DNA of 64,000 nucleotides from Eledone cirrhosa (lineage: Eukaryota). The notes beneath the pieces were generated by a model. That model made no database searches, was not told where the DNA came from, and saw only the letters and a program-made list of their open reading frames with translations. Both the position numbers and the translations under genes were made by a program. Shown here in pieces: positions 1 through 13,200 of the stretch. Where the stretch lies: assembly GCA_964016885.1 (NCBI GenBank), contig OZ024740.1, positions 16,554,001 through 16,618,000 of the forward strand, read 5' to 3'. Every line of letters begins with the position of its first letter. Position 1 is the first letter of the stretch.

Positions 1-3000
1 GACAGAGGTCTACAGGGAGACATCAGTGTAAATATGGTGGCATCTGGACAGAGGTTTACAGGGAGACATAAGTGTAAATATGGTGGGCCTAGACAGGTTT
101 ACAAGGAGACATCTGTGTAAATATGGTGGCTTCTGGACAGATGTTTACAGGGAGAAATCAGTGTAAATATGGTGGCTTCTAGACAGAGCTTTACAGGGAG
201 ACATCAGTGTAAATATGGTTGCTTCTAGACAGAGGTTTACAGGGAGACATCAGCGTAAGTATGGTGGCTTCTGGACAGAGGTTTACAGGGAGACATCAGT
301 GTATATATGGTGGCTTCTGGATAGAGGTTTGCAGGGAGACATCAGTGTAAATATGGTGGCTTCTGGACAGAGGTTTACAGGGAGACATCAGTGTAAATAT
401 GGTGGCTTCTGGACAGAGGTTTACAGGGAGATATCAATGTAAATATGGTGGCTTATGGACAGAGGTTTACAGGGAGACATCAGTGTAAATATGGTGGCTT
501 CTAGACAGAGCTTTACAGGGAGACATTAGTGTAAATATGGTGGCTTCTGGACAGAGGTTTACAGGGAGATATCAGAGTAAATATGGTGGCTTCTAGACAA
601 AGCTTTACAGGGAGACATCAGTGTAAATGTGGTGGCTTCTAGACAGAGGTTTACTGGGAGACATCTGTGTAAATATGGTGGCTTCTAGACAAAGTTTTAC
701 AGGGAGAAATCAGTGTAAATATGGTGGCTTCTAGACAGAGCTTTACAGGGAGACATCAGTGTAAATATGGTGGCTTCTAGACAGAGCTTTACAGGGAGAC
801 ATCAGTGTAAAAATGGTTGCTTCTGGACAGAGGTTTACAGGGAGACATCAGTGTAAATATGGTGGCTTCTGGACAGATGTTTACAGGGAGACATCAGTGT
901 AAATATGGTGGCTTCTGGATAGAGGTTTACAGGGAGACATCAGTGTAAATATGGTGGCTTCTGGACAGAGGTTTACAGGGAGACATCAGTGTAAATATGG
1001 TGGCAGCTGGACAGAGGTTTACAGGGACACATCAGTGTAAATATGGTGGCTTCTGGACAGAGCTTTACAGGGAGACATCAGTGGTGTAAATATGGTGGCT
1101 TCTGGACAGAGATTTACAGGGAGACATCAGTGTAAATATGGTGGCATCTGGACAAAGGTTTACAGGGACACATCAGTGTAAATATGGTGACTTCTAGACA
1201 GAGCTTTTCAGGGAGATATCAGAGTAAATATGGTGGCTTCTGGACAGAGGTTTACAGGGAGACATCAGTGTAAATAAGGTAGCTTCTAGACGGAGGTTTA
1301 CAGGGAGACATCAGTGTAAATATGGTGGCTTCTGGATAGAGGTTTACAGGGAGACATCAGTGTAAATATGGTGGCTTCTGGACAGAGTTTACAGGGAGGC
1401 ATTAGTGTAAATATGGTGGCTTCTGGACAGAGGTTTATAGGGAGATATCAGTGTTAATATGGTGGCTTCTGGACAGAGGTTTACAGGGAGACATCAGTGT
1501 AAATGTGGTGGCATCTGGACAGAGGTTTACAATGAGACATCGGTGTAAATATGGTGGCTTCTGGACAGAGCTTTACAGGGAGACATGAGTGTAAATATGG
1601 TGGCTTCTAGACAGAGGTTTACAGGGAGACATCAGTGTAAATATGGTGGCTTCTAGACAGAGGTTTACAGGGAGACATCAGTCTAAATATGGTGGTTTCT
1701 AGACGGAGGTTTACAGGGAGATATCAGTGTAAATATGGTGTCTTCTGGACAGAGGTTTACAGGGAGATATCAGTGTAAATATGGTGTCTTCTGGACAGAG
1801 CTTTACAGGGAGATATCAGAGTAAATATGGTGGCTTCTGGACAGAGCTTTACAGGGAGATATCAGAGTAAATATGGTGGCTTCTAGACAAAGCTTTACAG
1901 GGAGACATCAGTGTAAATATGGTGGCATCTAGACAGAGATTTACAGGGAGACATCAGAGTAAATATGGTGGCTTCTAGATAGAGGTTTACAGGAAGACTT
2001 CAGTGTAAATATGGTGGCTTCTAGACAGACGTTTACTGGGAGACATCAGTGTAAATATGGTGGCTTCTAGACAGAGCTTTACAGGGAGACATCAGTGTAA
2101 ATATGGTGGCTTCTGGACAGAGGTTTACAGGGAGATATCAGTGTAAATATGGTGGCTTCTAGACAGAGCTTTACAGGGAGACATCAATGTAAATATGGTG
2201 GCTTCTGGACAGAGGTTTACAGGGAGACATCAGTGTAAATATGGTGGCATCTGGACAGAAGTTTACAGGGAGACATCAGTGTAAATATGGTGGCTTCTGG
2301 ACAGAGCTTTACAGAGAGACATTAGTGTAAATATGGTGGCTTCTAGACAGAGGTTTACAGGGAGACATCAGTGTAAATATGGTGGCATCTGGACAAAGGT
2401 TTACAGGGACACATCAGTGTAAATATGGTGGCTTCTAGACAGAGCTTTACAGCGAGATATCAGAGTAAATATGGTGGCTTCTAGACAGAGGTTTACAGGG
2501 AGATATCAGAGTAAATATGGTGGCTTCTGGACAGAGGTTTACAGGGAGACATCAGTGTAAATATGGTGGCTTCTAGACAGAGGTTTACAGGTAGAGATCA
2601 GTGTAAATATGGTGGCTTCTAGACGGAGGTTTACAGGGAGATATCAGTGTAAATATGGTGTCTTCTGGACAGAGGTTTACAGGGAGATATTAGTGTAAAT
2701 ATGGTGTCTTCTGGACAGAGGTTTACAGGGAGACATTAGTGTAAATATGGTGGCTTCTGGACAGAGCTTTACAGGGAGACATCAGTGTAAATATCGTGGC
2801 TTCTGGACAGAGGTTTACAGGGAGACATCAGTGTAAATATGGTTGCTTCTAGACAGAGGTTTACAGGGAGACATCAGTGTAAATATGGTGGCTTCTGGGC
2901 AGAGGTTTACAGGAAGACATCAGTGTAAAAATGGTGTCTTCTAGACAGAGCTTTACAGGGAGACATCAGTGTAAATATGGTTGCTTCTAGACAGAGGTTT

Positions 3001-4875
3001 ACAGGGAGACATCAGTGTAAATATGGTGGCTTCTGGACAGAGCTTTACAGGGAGATATCAGAGTAAATATGGTGGCTTCTGGACAGAGCTTTACAGGGAG
3101 ATATCAGAGTAAATATGGTGGCTTCTAGGCAAAGCTTTACAGGGAGGCATCAGAGTAAATATGGTGGCATCTAGACAGAGATTTACAGGGAGACATCAGA
3201 GTAAATATGGTGGCTTCTAGATAGAGGTTTACAGGGAGACTTCAGTGTAAATATGGTGGCTTCTAGACAGACGTTTACTGGGAGACATCAGTGTAAATAT
3301 GGTGGCTTCTAGACAGAGCTTTACAGGGAGACATCAGTGTAAATATGGTGGCTTCTGGACAGAGGTTTACAGGGAGATATCAGTGTAAATATGGTGGCTT
3401 CTAGACAGAGCTTTACAGGGAGACATCAATGTAAATATGGTGGCTTCTGGACAGAGGTTTACAGGGAGACATCAGAGTAAATATGGTTGCTTCTAGACAG
3501 AGCTTTACAGGGAGACATCAGTGTAAATATGGTGGCATCTGGACAGAGGTTTACAGGGAGACATCAGTGTAAATATGGTGGCTTCTGGACAGGGCTTTAC
3601 AGAGAGACATTAGTGTAAATATGGTGGCTTCTAGACAGAGGTTTACAGGGAGACATCAGTGTAAATATGGTGGCATCTGGACAAAGGTTTACAGGGACAC
3701 ATCAGTGTAAATATGGTGGCTTCTAGACAGAGCTTTACAGGGAGATATCAGAGTAAATATGGTGGCTTCTAGACAGAGGTTTACAGGGAGATATCAGAGT
3801 AAATATGGTGGCTTCTGGACAGAGGTTTACAGGGAGACATCAGTGTAAATATGGTGGCTTCTAGACAGAGGTTTACAGGTAGAGATCAGTGTAAATATGG
3901 TGGCTTCTAGACGGAGGTTTACAGGGAGATATCAGTGTAAATCTGGTGTCTTCTGGACAGAGGTTTACAGGGAGATATTAGTGTAAATATGGTGTCTTCT
4001 GGACAGAGGTTTACTGGGAGACATTAGTGTAAATATGGTGGCTTCTGGACAGAGCTTTACAGGGAGACATCAGTGTAAATATGGTTGCTTCTAGACAGAG
4101 GTTTACAGGGAGACATCAGTGTAAATATGGTGGCTTCTGGGCAGAGGTTTACAGGGAGATATGAGTGTAAATATGGTGTCTTCTGGACAGAGCTTTACAG
4201 GGAGATATCAGAGTAAATATGGTGGTTTCTGGGCAGAGCTTTACAGGGAGATATCAGAGTAAATATGGTGGCTTCTAGACAAAGCTTTACAGGGAGACAT
4301 CAGAGTAAATATGGTGGCTTCTAGATAGAGGTTTACCGGGAGACTTCAGTGTAAATATGGTGGCTTCTAGACAGAGGTTTACTGGGAGACATCACTGTAA
4401 ATATGGTGGCTTCTAGACAGAGGTTTACTGAGAGATATCAGTGTAAATATGGTGGCTTCTAGACAAAGTTTTACAGGGAGACATCAGTGTAAATATGGTG
4501 GCTTCTAGACAGAGCTTTACAGGGAGACATCAGTGTAAATATGGTGGCTTCTAGACAGAGCTTTACAGGGAGACATCAGTGTAAAAATGGTTGCTTCTGT
4601 ACAGAGGTTTACAGGGATACATCAGTGTAAATATGGTGGCTTCTGGACAGATGTTTACAGGTAGACATCAGTATAAATATGTTGGCTTCTAGACAGAGGT
4701 TTACAGGGAGACATCAGTGTAAATATGGTGGCTTCTGGATAGAGGTTTACAGGGAGACATCAGTGTAAATATGGTGGCTTCTGGACAGAGGTTTACAGGG
4801 AGACATCAGTGTAAATATGGTGGCTTCTGGACAGAGCTTTACAGGGAGATATCAGTGTAAATATGGTGGCTTCTG

Positions 4876-6500
4876 GACAGAGGTCAACAGGGAGACATCA
4901 GTGTAAATATGGTGGCATCTGGACAGAGGTTTACAGGGAGACATAAGTGTAAATATGGTGGGCCTAGACAGGTTTACAAGGAGACATCTGTGTAAATATG
5001 GTGGCTTCTGGACAGATGTTTACAGGGAGACATCAGTGTAAATATGGTGGCTTCTAGACAGAGCTTTACAGGGAGACATCAGTGTAAATATGGTTGCTTC
5101 TAGACAGAGGTTTACAGGGGGACATCAGCGTAAATATGGTGGCTTCTGGACAGAGGTTTACAGGGAGACATCAGTGTATATATGGTGGCTTCTGGATAGA
5201 GGTTTGCAGGGAGACATCAGTGTAAATATGGTGGCTTCTGGACAGAGGTTTACAGGGAGACATCAGTGTAAATATGGTGGCTTCTGGACAGAGGTTTACA
5301 GGGAGATATCAATGTAAATATGGTGGCTTATGGACAGAGGTTTACAGGGAGACATCAGTGTAAATATGGTGGCTTCTAGACAGAGCTTTACAGGGAGACA
5401 TTAGTGTAAATATGGTGGCTTCTGGACAGAGGTTTACAGGGAGATATGAGTGTAAATATGGTGGCTTCTAGACAAAGCTTTACAGGGAGACATCAGTGTA
5501 AATGTGGTGGCTTCTAGACAGAGGTTTACTGGGTGACATCTGTGTAAATATGGTGGCTTCTAGACAAAGTTTTACAGGGAGACATCAGTGTAAATATGGT
5601 GGCTTCTAGACAGAGCTTTACAGGGAGACATCAGTGTAAATATGGTGGCTTCTAGACAGAGCTTTACAGGGAGACATCAGTGTAAAAATGGTTGCTTCTG
5701 GACAGAGGTTTACAGGGAGACATCAGTGTAAATATGGTGGCTTCTGGACAGATGTTTACAGGGAGACATCAGTGTAAATATATTGGCTTCTAGACAGAGG
5801 TTTACAGGGAGACATCAGTGTAAATATGGTGGCTTCTGGATAGAGGTTTACAGGGAGACATCAGTGTAAATATGGTGGCTTCTGGACAGAGGTTTACAGG
5901 GAGACATCAGTGTAAATATGGTGGCAGCTGGACAGAGGTTTACAGGGACACATCAGTGTAAATATGGTGGCTTCTGGACAGAGCTTTACAGGGAGACATC
6001 AGTGGTGTAAATATGGTGGCTTCTGGACAGAGATTTACAGGGAGACATCAGTGTAAATATGGTGGCATCTGGACAAAGGTTTACAGGGACACATCAGTGT
6101 AAATATGGTGACTTCTAGACAGAGCTTTTCAGGGAGATATCAGAGTAAATATGGTGGCTTCTGGACAGAGGTTTACAGGGAGACATCAGTGTAAATATGG
6201 TGGCTTCTAGACGGAGGTTTACAGGGAGACATCAGTGTAAATATGGTGGCTTCTGGATAGAGGTTTACAGGGAGACATCAGTGTAAATATGGTGGCTTCT
6301 GGACAGAGTTTACAGGGAGGCATTAGTGTAAATATGGTGGCTTCTGGACAGAGGTTTATAGGGAGATATCAGTGTTAATATGGTGGCTTCTGGACAGAGG
6401 TTTACAGGGAGACATCAGTGTAAATGTGGTGGCATCTGGACAGAGGTTTACAATGAGACATCGGTGTAAATATGGTGGCTTCTGGACAGAGCTTTACAGG
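4876..6500 (+). repeat. Copy of block about 1-1580 at offset 4,875 bp (106 monomers minus 1 bp)
   Basis: Same ordered markers: 43-bp gggcctagacaggttt unit (~85/~4960), gtatatatgg, gcttatgg, ggcagctgg, 49-bp cagtggtgtaaa unit (~1078/~6000), 45-bp gacagagtttac unit (~1381/~6302), caatgagacatcgg. ORFs 215 and 5090. Confidence 0.88.
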
Positions 6501-8619
6501 GAGACATCAGTGTAAATATGGTGGCTTCTAGACAGAGCTTTACAGGGAGACATCAGTGTAAATATGGTGGCTTCTGGACAGAGGTTTACAGGGAGATATC
6601 AGTGTAAATATGGTGGCTTCTAGACAGAGCTTTACAGGGAGACATCAATGTAAATATGGTGGCTTCTGGACAGAGGTTTACAGGGAGACATCAGTGTAAA
6701 TATGGTGGCATCTGGACTTAGGTTTACAGGGAGACATCAGTGTAAATATGGTGGCTTCTGGACAGAGCTTTACAGAGAGACATTAGTGTAAATATGGTGG
6801 CTTCTAGACAGAGGTTTAGAGGGAGACATCAGTGTAAATATGGTGGCATCTGGACAAAGGTTTACAGGGACACATCAGTGTAAATATGGTGGCTTCTAGA
6901 CAGAGCTTTACACCGAGATATCAGAGTAAATATGGTGGCTTCTAGACAGAGGTTTACAGGGAGATATCAGAGTAAATATGGTGGCTTCTGGACAGAGGTT
7001 TACAGGGAGACATCGGTGTAAATATGGTGTCTTCTGGACAGAGGTTTACAGGGAGATATTAGTGTATATATGGTGTCTTCTGGACAGAGGTTTAATGGGA
7101 GACATTAGTGTAAATATGGTGGCTTCTGGACAGAGCTTTACAGGGAGACATCAGTGTAAATATCGTGGCTTCTGGACAGAGGTTTACAGGGAGACATCAG
7201 TGTAAATATGGTTGCTTCTAGACAGAGGTTTACAGGGAGACATCAGTGTAAATATGGTGGCTTCTGGGCAGAGGTTTACAGGAAGACATCAGTGTAAAAA
7301 TGGTGCCTTCTAGACAGAGCTTTACAGGGAGACATCAGTGTAAATATGGTTGCTTCTAGACAGAGGTTTACAGGGAGACATCAGTATAAATATGGTGGCT
7401 TCTGGACAGAGCTTTACAGGGAGATATCAGAGTAAATATGGTGGCTTCTGGACAGAGCTTTACAGGGAGATATCAGAGTAAATATGGTGGCTTCTAGACA
7501 AAGCTTTACAGGGAGACATCAGAGTAAATATGGTGGCATCTAGACAGAGATTTACAGGGAGACATCAGAGTAAATATGGTGGCTTCTAGATAGAGGTTTA
7601 CAGGGAGACTTCAGTGTAAATATGGTGGCTTCTAGACAGACGTTTACTGGGAGACATCAGTGTAAATATGGTGGCTTCTAGACAGAGCTTTACAGGGAGA
7701 CATCAGTGTAAATATGGTGGCTTCTGGACAGAGGTTTACAGGGAGATATCAGTGTAAATATGGTGGCTTCTAGACAGAGCTTTACAGGGAGACATCAATG
7801 TAAATATGGTGGCTTCTGGACAGAGGTTTACAGGGAGACATCAGAGTAAATATGGTTGCTTCTAGACAGAGCTTTACAGGGAGACATCAGTGTAAATATG
7901 GTGGCATCTGGACTGAGGTTTACAGGGAGACATCAGTGTAAATATGGTGGCTTCTGGACAGAGCTTTACAGAGAGACATTAGTGTAAATATGGTGGCTTC
8001 TAGACAGAGGTTTACAGGGAGACATCAGTGTAAATATGGTGGCATCTGGACAAAGGTTTACAGGGACACATCAGTGTAAATATGGTGGCTTCTAGACAGA
8101 GCTTTACAGGGAGATATCAGAGTAAATATGGTGGCTTCTAGACAGAGGTTTACAGGGAGATATCAGAGTAAATATGGTGGCTTCTGGACAGAGGTTTACA
8201 GGGAGACATCAGTGTAAATATGGTGGCTTCTAGACAGAGGTTTACAGGTAGAGATCAGTGTAAATATGGTGGCTTCTAGACGGAGGTTTACAGGGAGATA
8301 TCAGTGTAAATATGGTGTCTTCTGGAGAGAGGTTTACAGGGAGATATTAGTGTAAATATGGTGTCTTCTGGACAGAGGTTTACTGGGAGACATTAGTGTA
8401 AATATGGTGGCTTCTGGACAGAGCTTTACAGGGAGACATCAGTGTAAATATCGTGGCTTCTGGACAGAGGTTTACAGGGAGACATCAGTGTAAATATGGT
8501 TGCTTCTAGACAGAGGTTTACAGGGAGACATAAGTGTAAATATGGTGGCTTCTGGGCAGAGGTTTACAGGAAGACATCAGTGTAAAAATGGTGTCTTCTA
8601 GACAGAGCTTTACAGGGAG

Positions 8620-10240
8620 ACATCAGTGTGAATATGTTGGCTTCTAGATAGATGTTTACAGGGAGACATCAGTGTAAATATGGTGGCTTCTGGATAGAGG
8701 TTTACAGGGAGACATCAGTGTAAATATGGTGGCTTCTGGACAGAGGTTTACAGGGAGACATCAGTGTAAATATGGTGGCTTCTGGACAGAGGTTTACAGG
8801 GAGACATCAGAGTTAATATGCTGGCTTCTAGACAGAGCTTTCCAGGGAGATATCAGAGTAAATATGGTGGCTTCTAGACAAAGCTTTACAGGGAGACATC
8901 AGTGTAAATATGGTGGCTTCTAGACAGAGCTTTACAGGGAGACATCAGTGTAAATATGGTGGCTTCTAGACAAAGCTTTACAGGGAGACATCAGTGTAAA
9001 TATGGTGGCTTCTAGACAAAGCTTTACACGGAGACATCAGTGTAAATATGGTGGCTTCTTGACAGAGCTTTACAGGGAAACATCAGTGTAAATATGGTGG
9101 CTTCTGGACACAGGTTTACAGGGAGATATCAGTGTAAATATGGTGGCTTCTAGACAGAGCTTTGCAGGGAGACATCAGTGTAAATATGGTGGCTTCTGGA
9201 CAGAGGTTTACAGGGAGATATCAGAGTAAATATAGTGGCTTCTGGACAGAGGTTTACAGGGAGACATCAGTGTAAATATGGTGGCTTCTAGACAGAGCTT
9301 TACAGGGAGATATCAGTGTAAATATGGTGGCTTCTGGACAGAGGTTTACAGGGAGACATCAGTGTAAAAATGGTGTCTTCTAGACAGAGCTTTACAGGGA
9401 GACATCAGTGTAAATATGGTTGCTTCTAGACAGAGGTTTACAGGGAGACATCAGTGTAAATATGGTGGCTTCTGGACAGAGGTTTACAGGGAGACATCAG
9501 TGTAAAAATGGTGGCTTCTGGACAGAGGTTTACAGGGAGACATCAGTGTAAATATGGTGGCTTCTGGACAGAGGTTTACAGGGAGACATCAGTGTGAATA
9601 TGTTGGCTTCTAGACAGATGTTTACAGGGAGACATCAGTGTAAATATGGTGGCTTCTGGATAGAGGTTTACAGGGAGACATCAGTGTAAATATGGTGGCT
9701 TCTGGACAGAGGTTTACAGGGAGACATCAGTGTAAATATGGTGGCTTCTGGACAGAGGTTTACAGGGAGACATCAGAGTTAATATGCTGGCTTCTAGACA
9801 GAGCTTTCCAGGGAGATATCAGAGTAAATATGGTGGCTTCTAGACAAAGCTTTACAGGGAGACATCAGTGTAAATATGGTGGCTTCTAGACAGAGCTTTA
9901 CAGGGAGACATCAGTGTAAATATGGTGGCTTCTAGACAAAGATTTACAGGGAGACATCAGTGTAAATATGGTGGCTTCTAGACAAAGCTTTACACGGAGA
10001 CATCAGTGTAAATATGGTGGCTTCTTGACAGAGCTTTACAGGGAAACATCAGTGTAAATATGGTGGCTTCTGGACACAGGTTTACAGGGAGATATCAGTG
10101 TAAATATGGTTGCTTCTAGACAGAGCTTTGCAGGGAGACATCAGTGTAAATATGGTGGCTTCTGGACAGAGGTTTACAGGGAGATATCAGAGTAAATATA
10201 GTGGCTTCTGGACAGAGGTTTACAGGGAGACATCAGTGTA
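8620..10240 (+). repeat. Local duplication with 966-bp (21-monomer) offset: about 8620-9270 vs 9590-10240
   Basis: gtgtgaatatgttgg at ~8626/~9592, followed by gagttaatatgctgg, tttccaggg, tttacacgg, ttcttgac and ggacacagg in both copies. Identical ORFs 8726 and 9692; 966 = 21 x 46. Confidence 0.88.
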
Positions 10241-13200
10241 AATATGGTGGCTTCTGGACAGAGCTTTACAGAGACACTTAGTGTAAATATGGTGGCTTCT
10301 AGACAGAGCTTTACAGGGAGTTATCAGAGTAAATATAGTGGCTTCTGGACAGAGGTTTACAGGGAGACATCAGTGTAAATATGGTGGCTTCTAGACAGAG
10401 CTTTACAGGGAGATATCAGTGTAAATATGGTGGCTTCTGGACAGAGGTTTACAAGGAGACATCAGTGTAAATATGGTGGCTTCTGGACAGAGCTTTACAG
10501 GGAGACATTAGTGTAAATATGGTGGCTTCTAGACAGAGCTTTACAGGGGGATATCAGAGGAAATATAGTGGCTTCTGGACAGAGGTTTACAAGGAGACAT
10601 CAGTGTAAATATGGTGGCATCTGGACAAAGGTTTACAGGGACACATCAGTGTAAATATGGTGGCTTCTAGACAGAGCTTTACAGGGAGATATCAGAGTAA
10701 ATATGGTGGCTTCTGGACATAAATTTACAGGGAGACATCAGTGTAAATATGGTGGCTTCTAGACTGAGGTTTACAGGGAGACATCAGTGTAAATATGGTG
10801 GCTTCTGGATAGAGGTTTACAGGGAGACATCAGTGTAAATATGGTGGCTTCTGGACAGAGGTTTACAGGGTGACATCAGTGTAAATATGGTGGCTTCTGG
10901 ACAGAGGTTTACAGGGAGACATCAGAGTTAATATGGTGGCTTCTAGACAGAGCTTTACAGGGAGATATCAGAGTAAATATGGTGGCTTTTAGACAAAGCT
11001 TTACAGGGAGACATCAGTGTAAATATGGTGGCTTCTAGACAGAGCTTTACAGGGAGACATCAGTGTAAATATGGTGGCTTCTAGACAAAGCTTTACAGGG
11101 AGATATCAGAGTAAATATGGTGGCTTCTGGACAGAGCTTTACAGGGAGACATCAGTGTAAATATTGTGGCTTCTAGACAGAGGTTTACAGGGAGACATAA
11201 GTGTAAATATGGTGGCTTCTAGACAGAGGTTTACAGGGAGATATCAGTGTAAATATGGTGTTTTCTGGACAAAGCTTTACAGGGAGATATCAGAGTAAAT
11301 ATGGTGGCTTCTAGACAAAGCTTTACAGGGAGACATCAGTGTAAATATGGTGGCTTCTAGACAGAGGTTTACTGGGAGACATCAGTGTAAATATGGTGGC
11401 TTCTAGACAGAGCTTTACAGGGAGACATCAGTGTAAATATGGTGGCATCTGGACAAAGGTTTACAGGGACACATCAGTGTAAATATGGTGGCTTCTAGAC
11501 AGAGCATTACAGGGAGATATCAGAGTAAATATGGTGGCTTCTGGACAGAGCTTTACAGGGAGATATCAGAGTAAATATGGTGGCTTCTGGACAGAGCTTT
11601 ACAGGGAGATATCAGAGTAAATATGGTGACTTCTGGACAGAGCTTTACAGGGAGACATTAGTGTAAATATGGTGGCTTCAAGACAGAGCTTTACAGGGAG
11701 ATATCAGAGTGAATATGGTGGCTTCTGGACAGAGGTTTACAGGGAGATATCAGTGTAAATATGGTGGCTTCTGGACAGAGCTTTACAGGGAGACATCAGT
11801 GTAAATATGGTGGCTTCTAGACAGAGGTTTACAGGGAGACATCAGTGTAAATATAGTGGCTTCTAGACAGACGTTTACTGGGAGACATCAGTGTAAATAT
11901 GGTGGCTTCTAGACGGAGCTTTACAGGGAGACATCAGTGTAAATATGGTGGCTTCTGGACAGAGGTTTACAGGGAGATATCAGTGTAAATATGGTGGCTT
12001 CTAGACAGAGCTTTACAGGGAGACATCAATGTAAATATGGTGGCATCTGGACAAAGGTTTACAGGGACACATCAGTGTAAATATGGTGGCTTCTAGACAG
12101 AGCTTTACAGGGAGATATCAGAGTAAATATGGTGGCTTCTAGACAGAGGTTTACAGGGAGATATCAGAGTAAATATGGTGGCTTCTGGACAGAGGTTTAC
12201 AGGGAGACATCAGTGTAAATATGGTGGCTTCTAGACAGAGGTTTACAGGTAGAGATCAGTGTAAATATGGTGGCTTCTAGACGGAGGTTTACAGGGAGAC
12301 ATCAGTGTAAATATGGTGGCTTCTGGATAGAGGTTTACAGGGAGACATCAGTGTAAATATGGTGGCTTCTGGACAGAGGTTTACAGGGAGGCATTAGTGA
12401 AAATATGGTGGCTTCTGGACAGAGGTTTACAGGGAGACATCAGTGTAAATATGGTGGGCCTAGACAGGTTTACAAGGAGACATCTGTGTAAATATGGTGG
12501 CTTCTGGACAGATGTTTACAGGGAGACATCAGTGTAAATATGGTGGCTTCTAGACAGAGCTTTACAGGGAGACATCAGTGTAAATATGGTGGCTTCTAGA
12601 CAGAGCTTTACAGGGAGATATCAGAGTAAATATGGTGGCTTCTGGACAGAGGTTTACAGGGAGACATCAGTGTAAATATGGTGGCTTCTAGACGGAGGTT
12701 TACAGGGAGACATCAGTGTAAATATGGTGGCTTCTGTATAGAGGTTTACAGGGAGACATCAGTGTAAATATGGTGGCTTCTGGACAGAGGTTTACAGGGA
12801 GGCATTAGTGTAAATATGGTGGCTTCTGGACAGAGGTTTATACGGAGATATCAGTGTTAATATGGTGGCTTCTGGACAGAGGTTTACAGGGAGACATCAG
12901 TGTAAATGTGGTGGCATCTGGACAGAGGTTTACAATGAGACATCAGTGTAAATATGGTGGCTTCTGGACAGAGCTTTACAGGGAGACATCAGTGTACATA
13001 TGGTGGCTTCTAGACAGAGGTTTACAGGGAGACATCAGTGTAAATATGGTGGCTTCTAGACAGAGGTTTACAGGGAGTCATCAGTGTAAATATGGTGGTT
13101 TCTAGACGGAGGTTTACAGGGAGATATGAGTGTAAATATGGTGTCTTCTGGACAGAGGTTTACAGGGAGATATGAGTGTAAATATGGTGTCTTCTGGACA

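Noticed and set aside
122-131. Minus-strand GCCACCAT resembling a Kozak context in each monomer
   Set aside because: The next base is A (GCCACCATA), so there is no ATG; the minus strand has TGA and TAA in every monomer and no listed ORFs.
215-442. FTGRHQCKY resembles a C2H2 zinc-finger linker and start (HTGEKPxxC)
   Set aside because: There is generally no second Cys and no paired His at finger spacing, and tandem C2H2 fingers have an 84-bp period rather than 46 bp. Treated as chance.
85-1090. A -3 bp unit followed about 22 monomers later by a +3 bp unit, suggesting compensatory phase restoration
   Set aside because: The pair recurs only because the block was duplicated; the -3 unit also occurs alone (~12456, ~29749) and uncompensated 1-bp indels persist.
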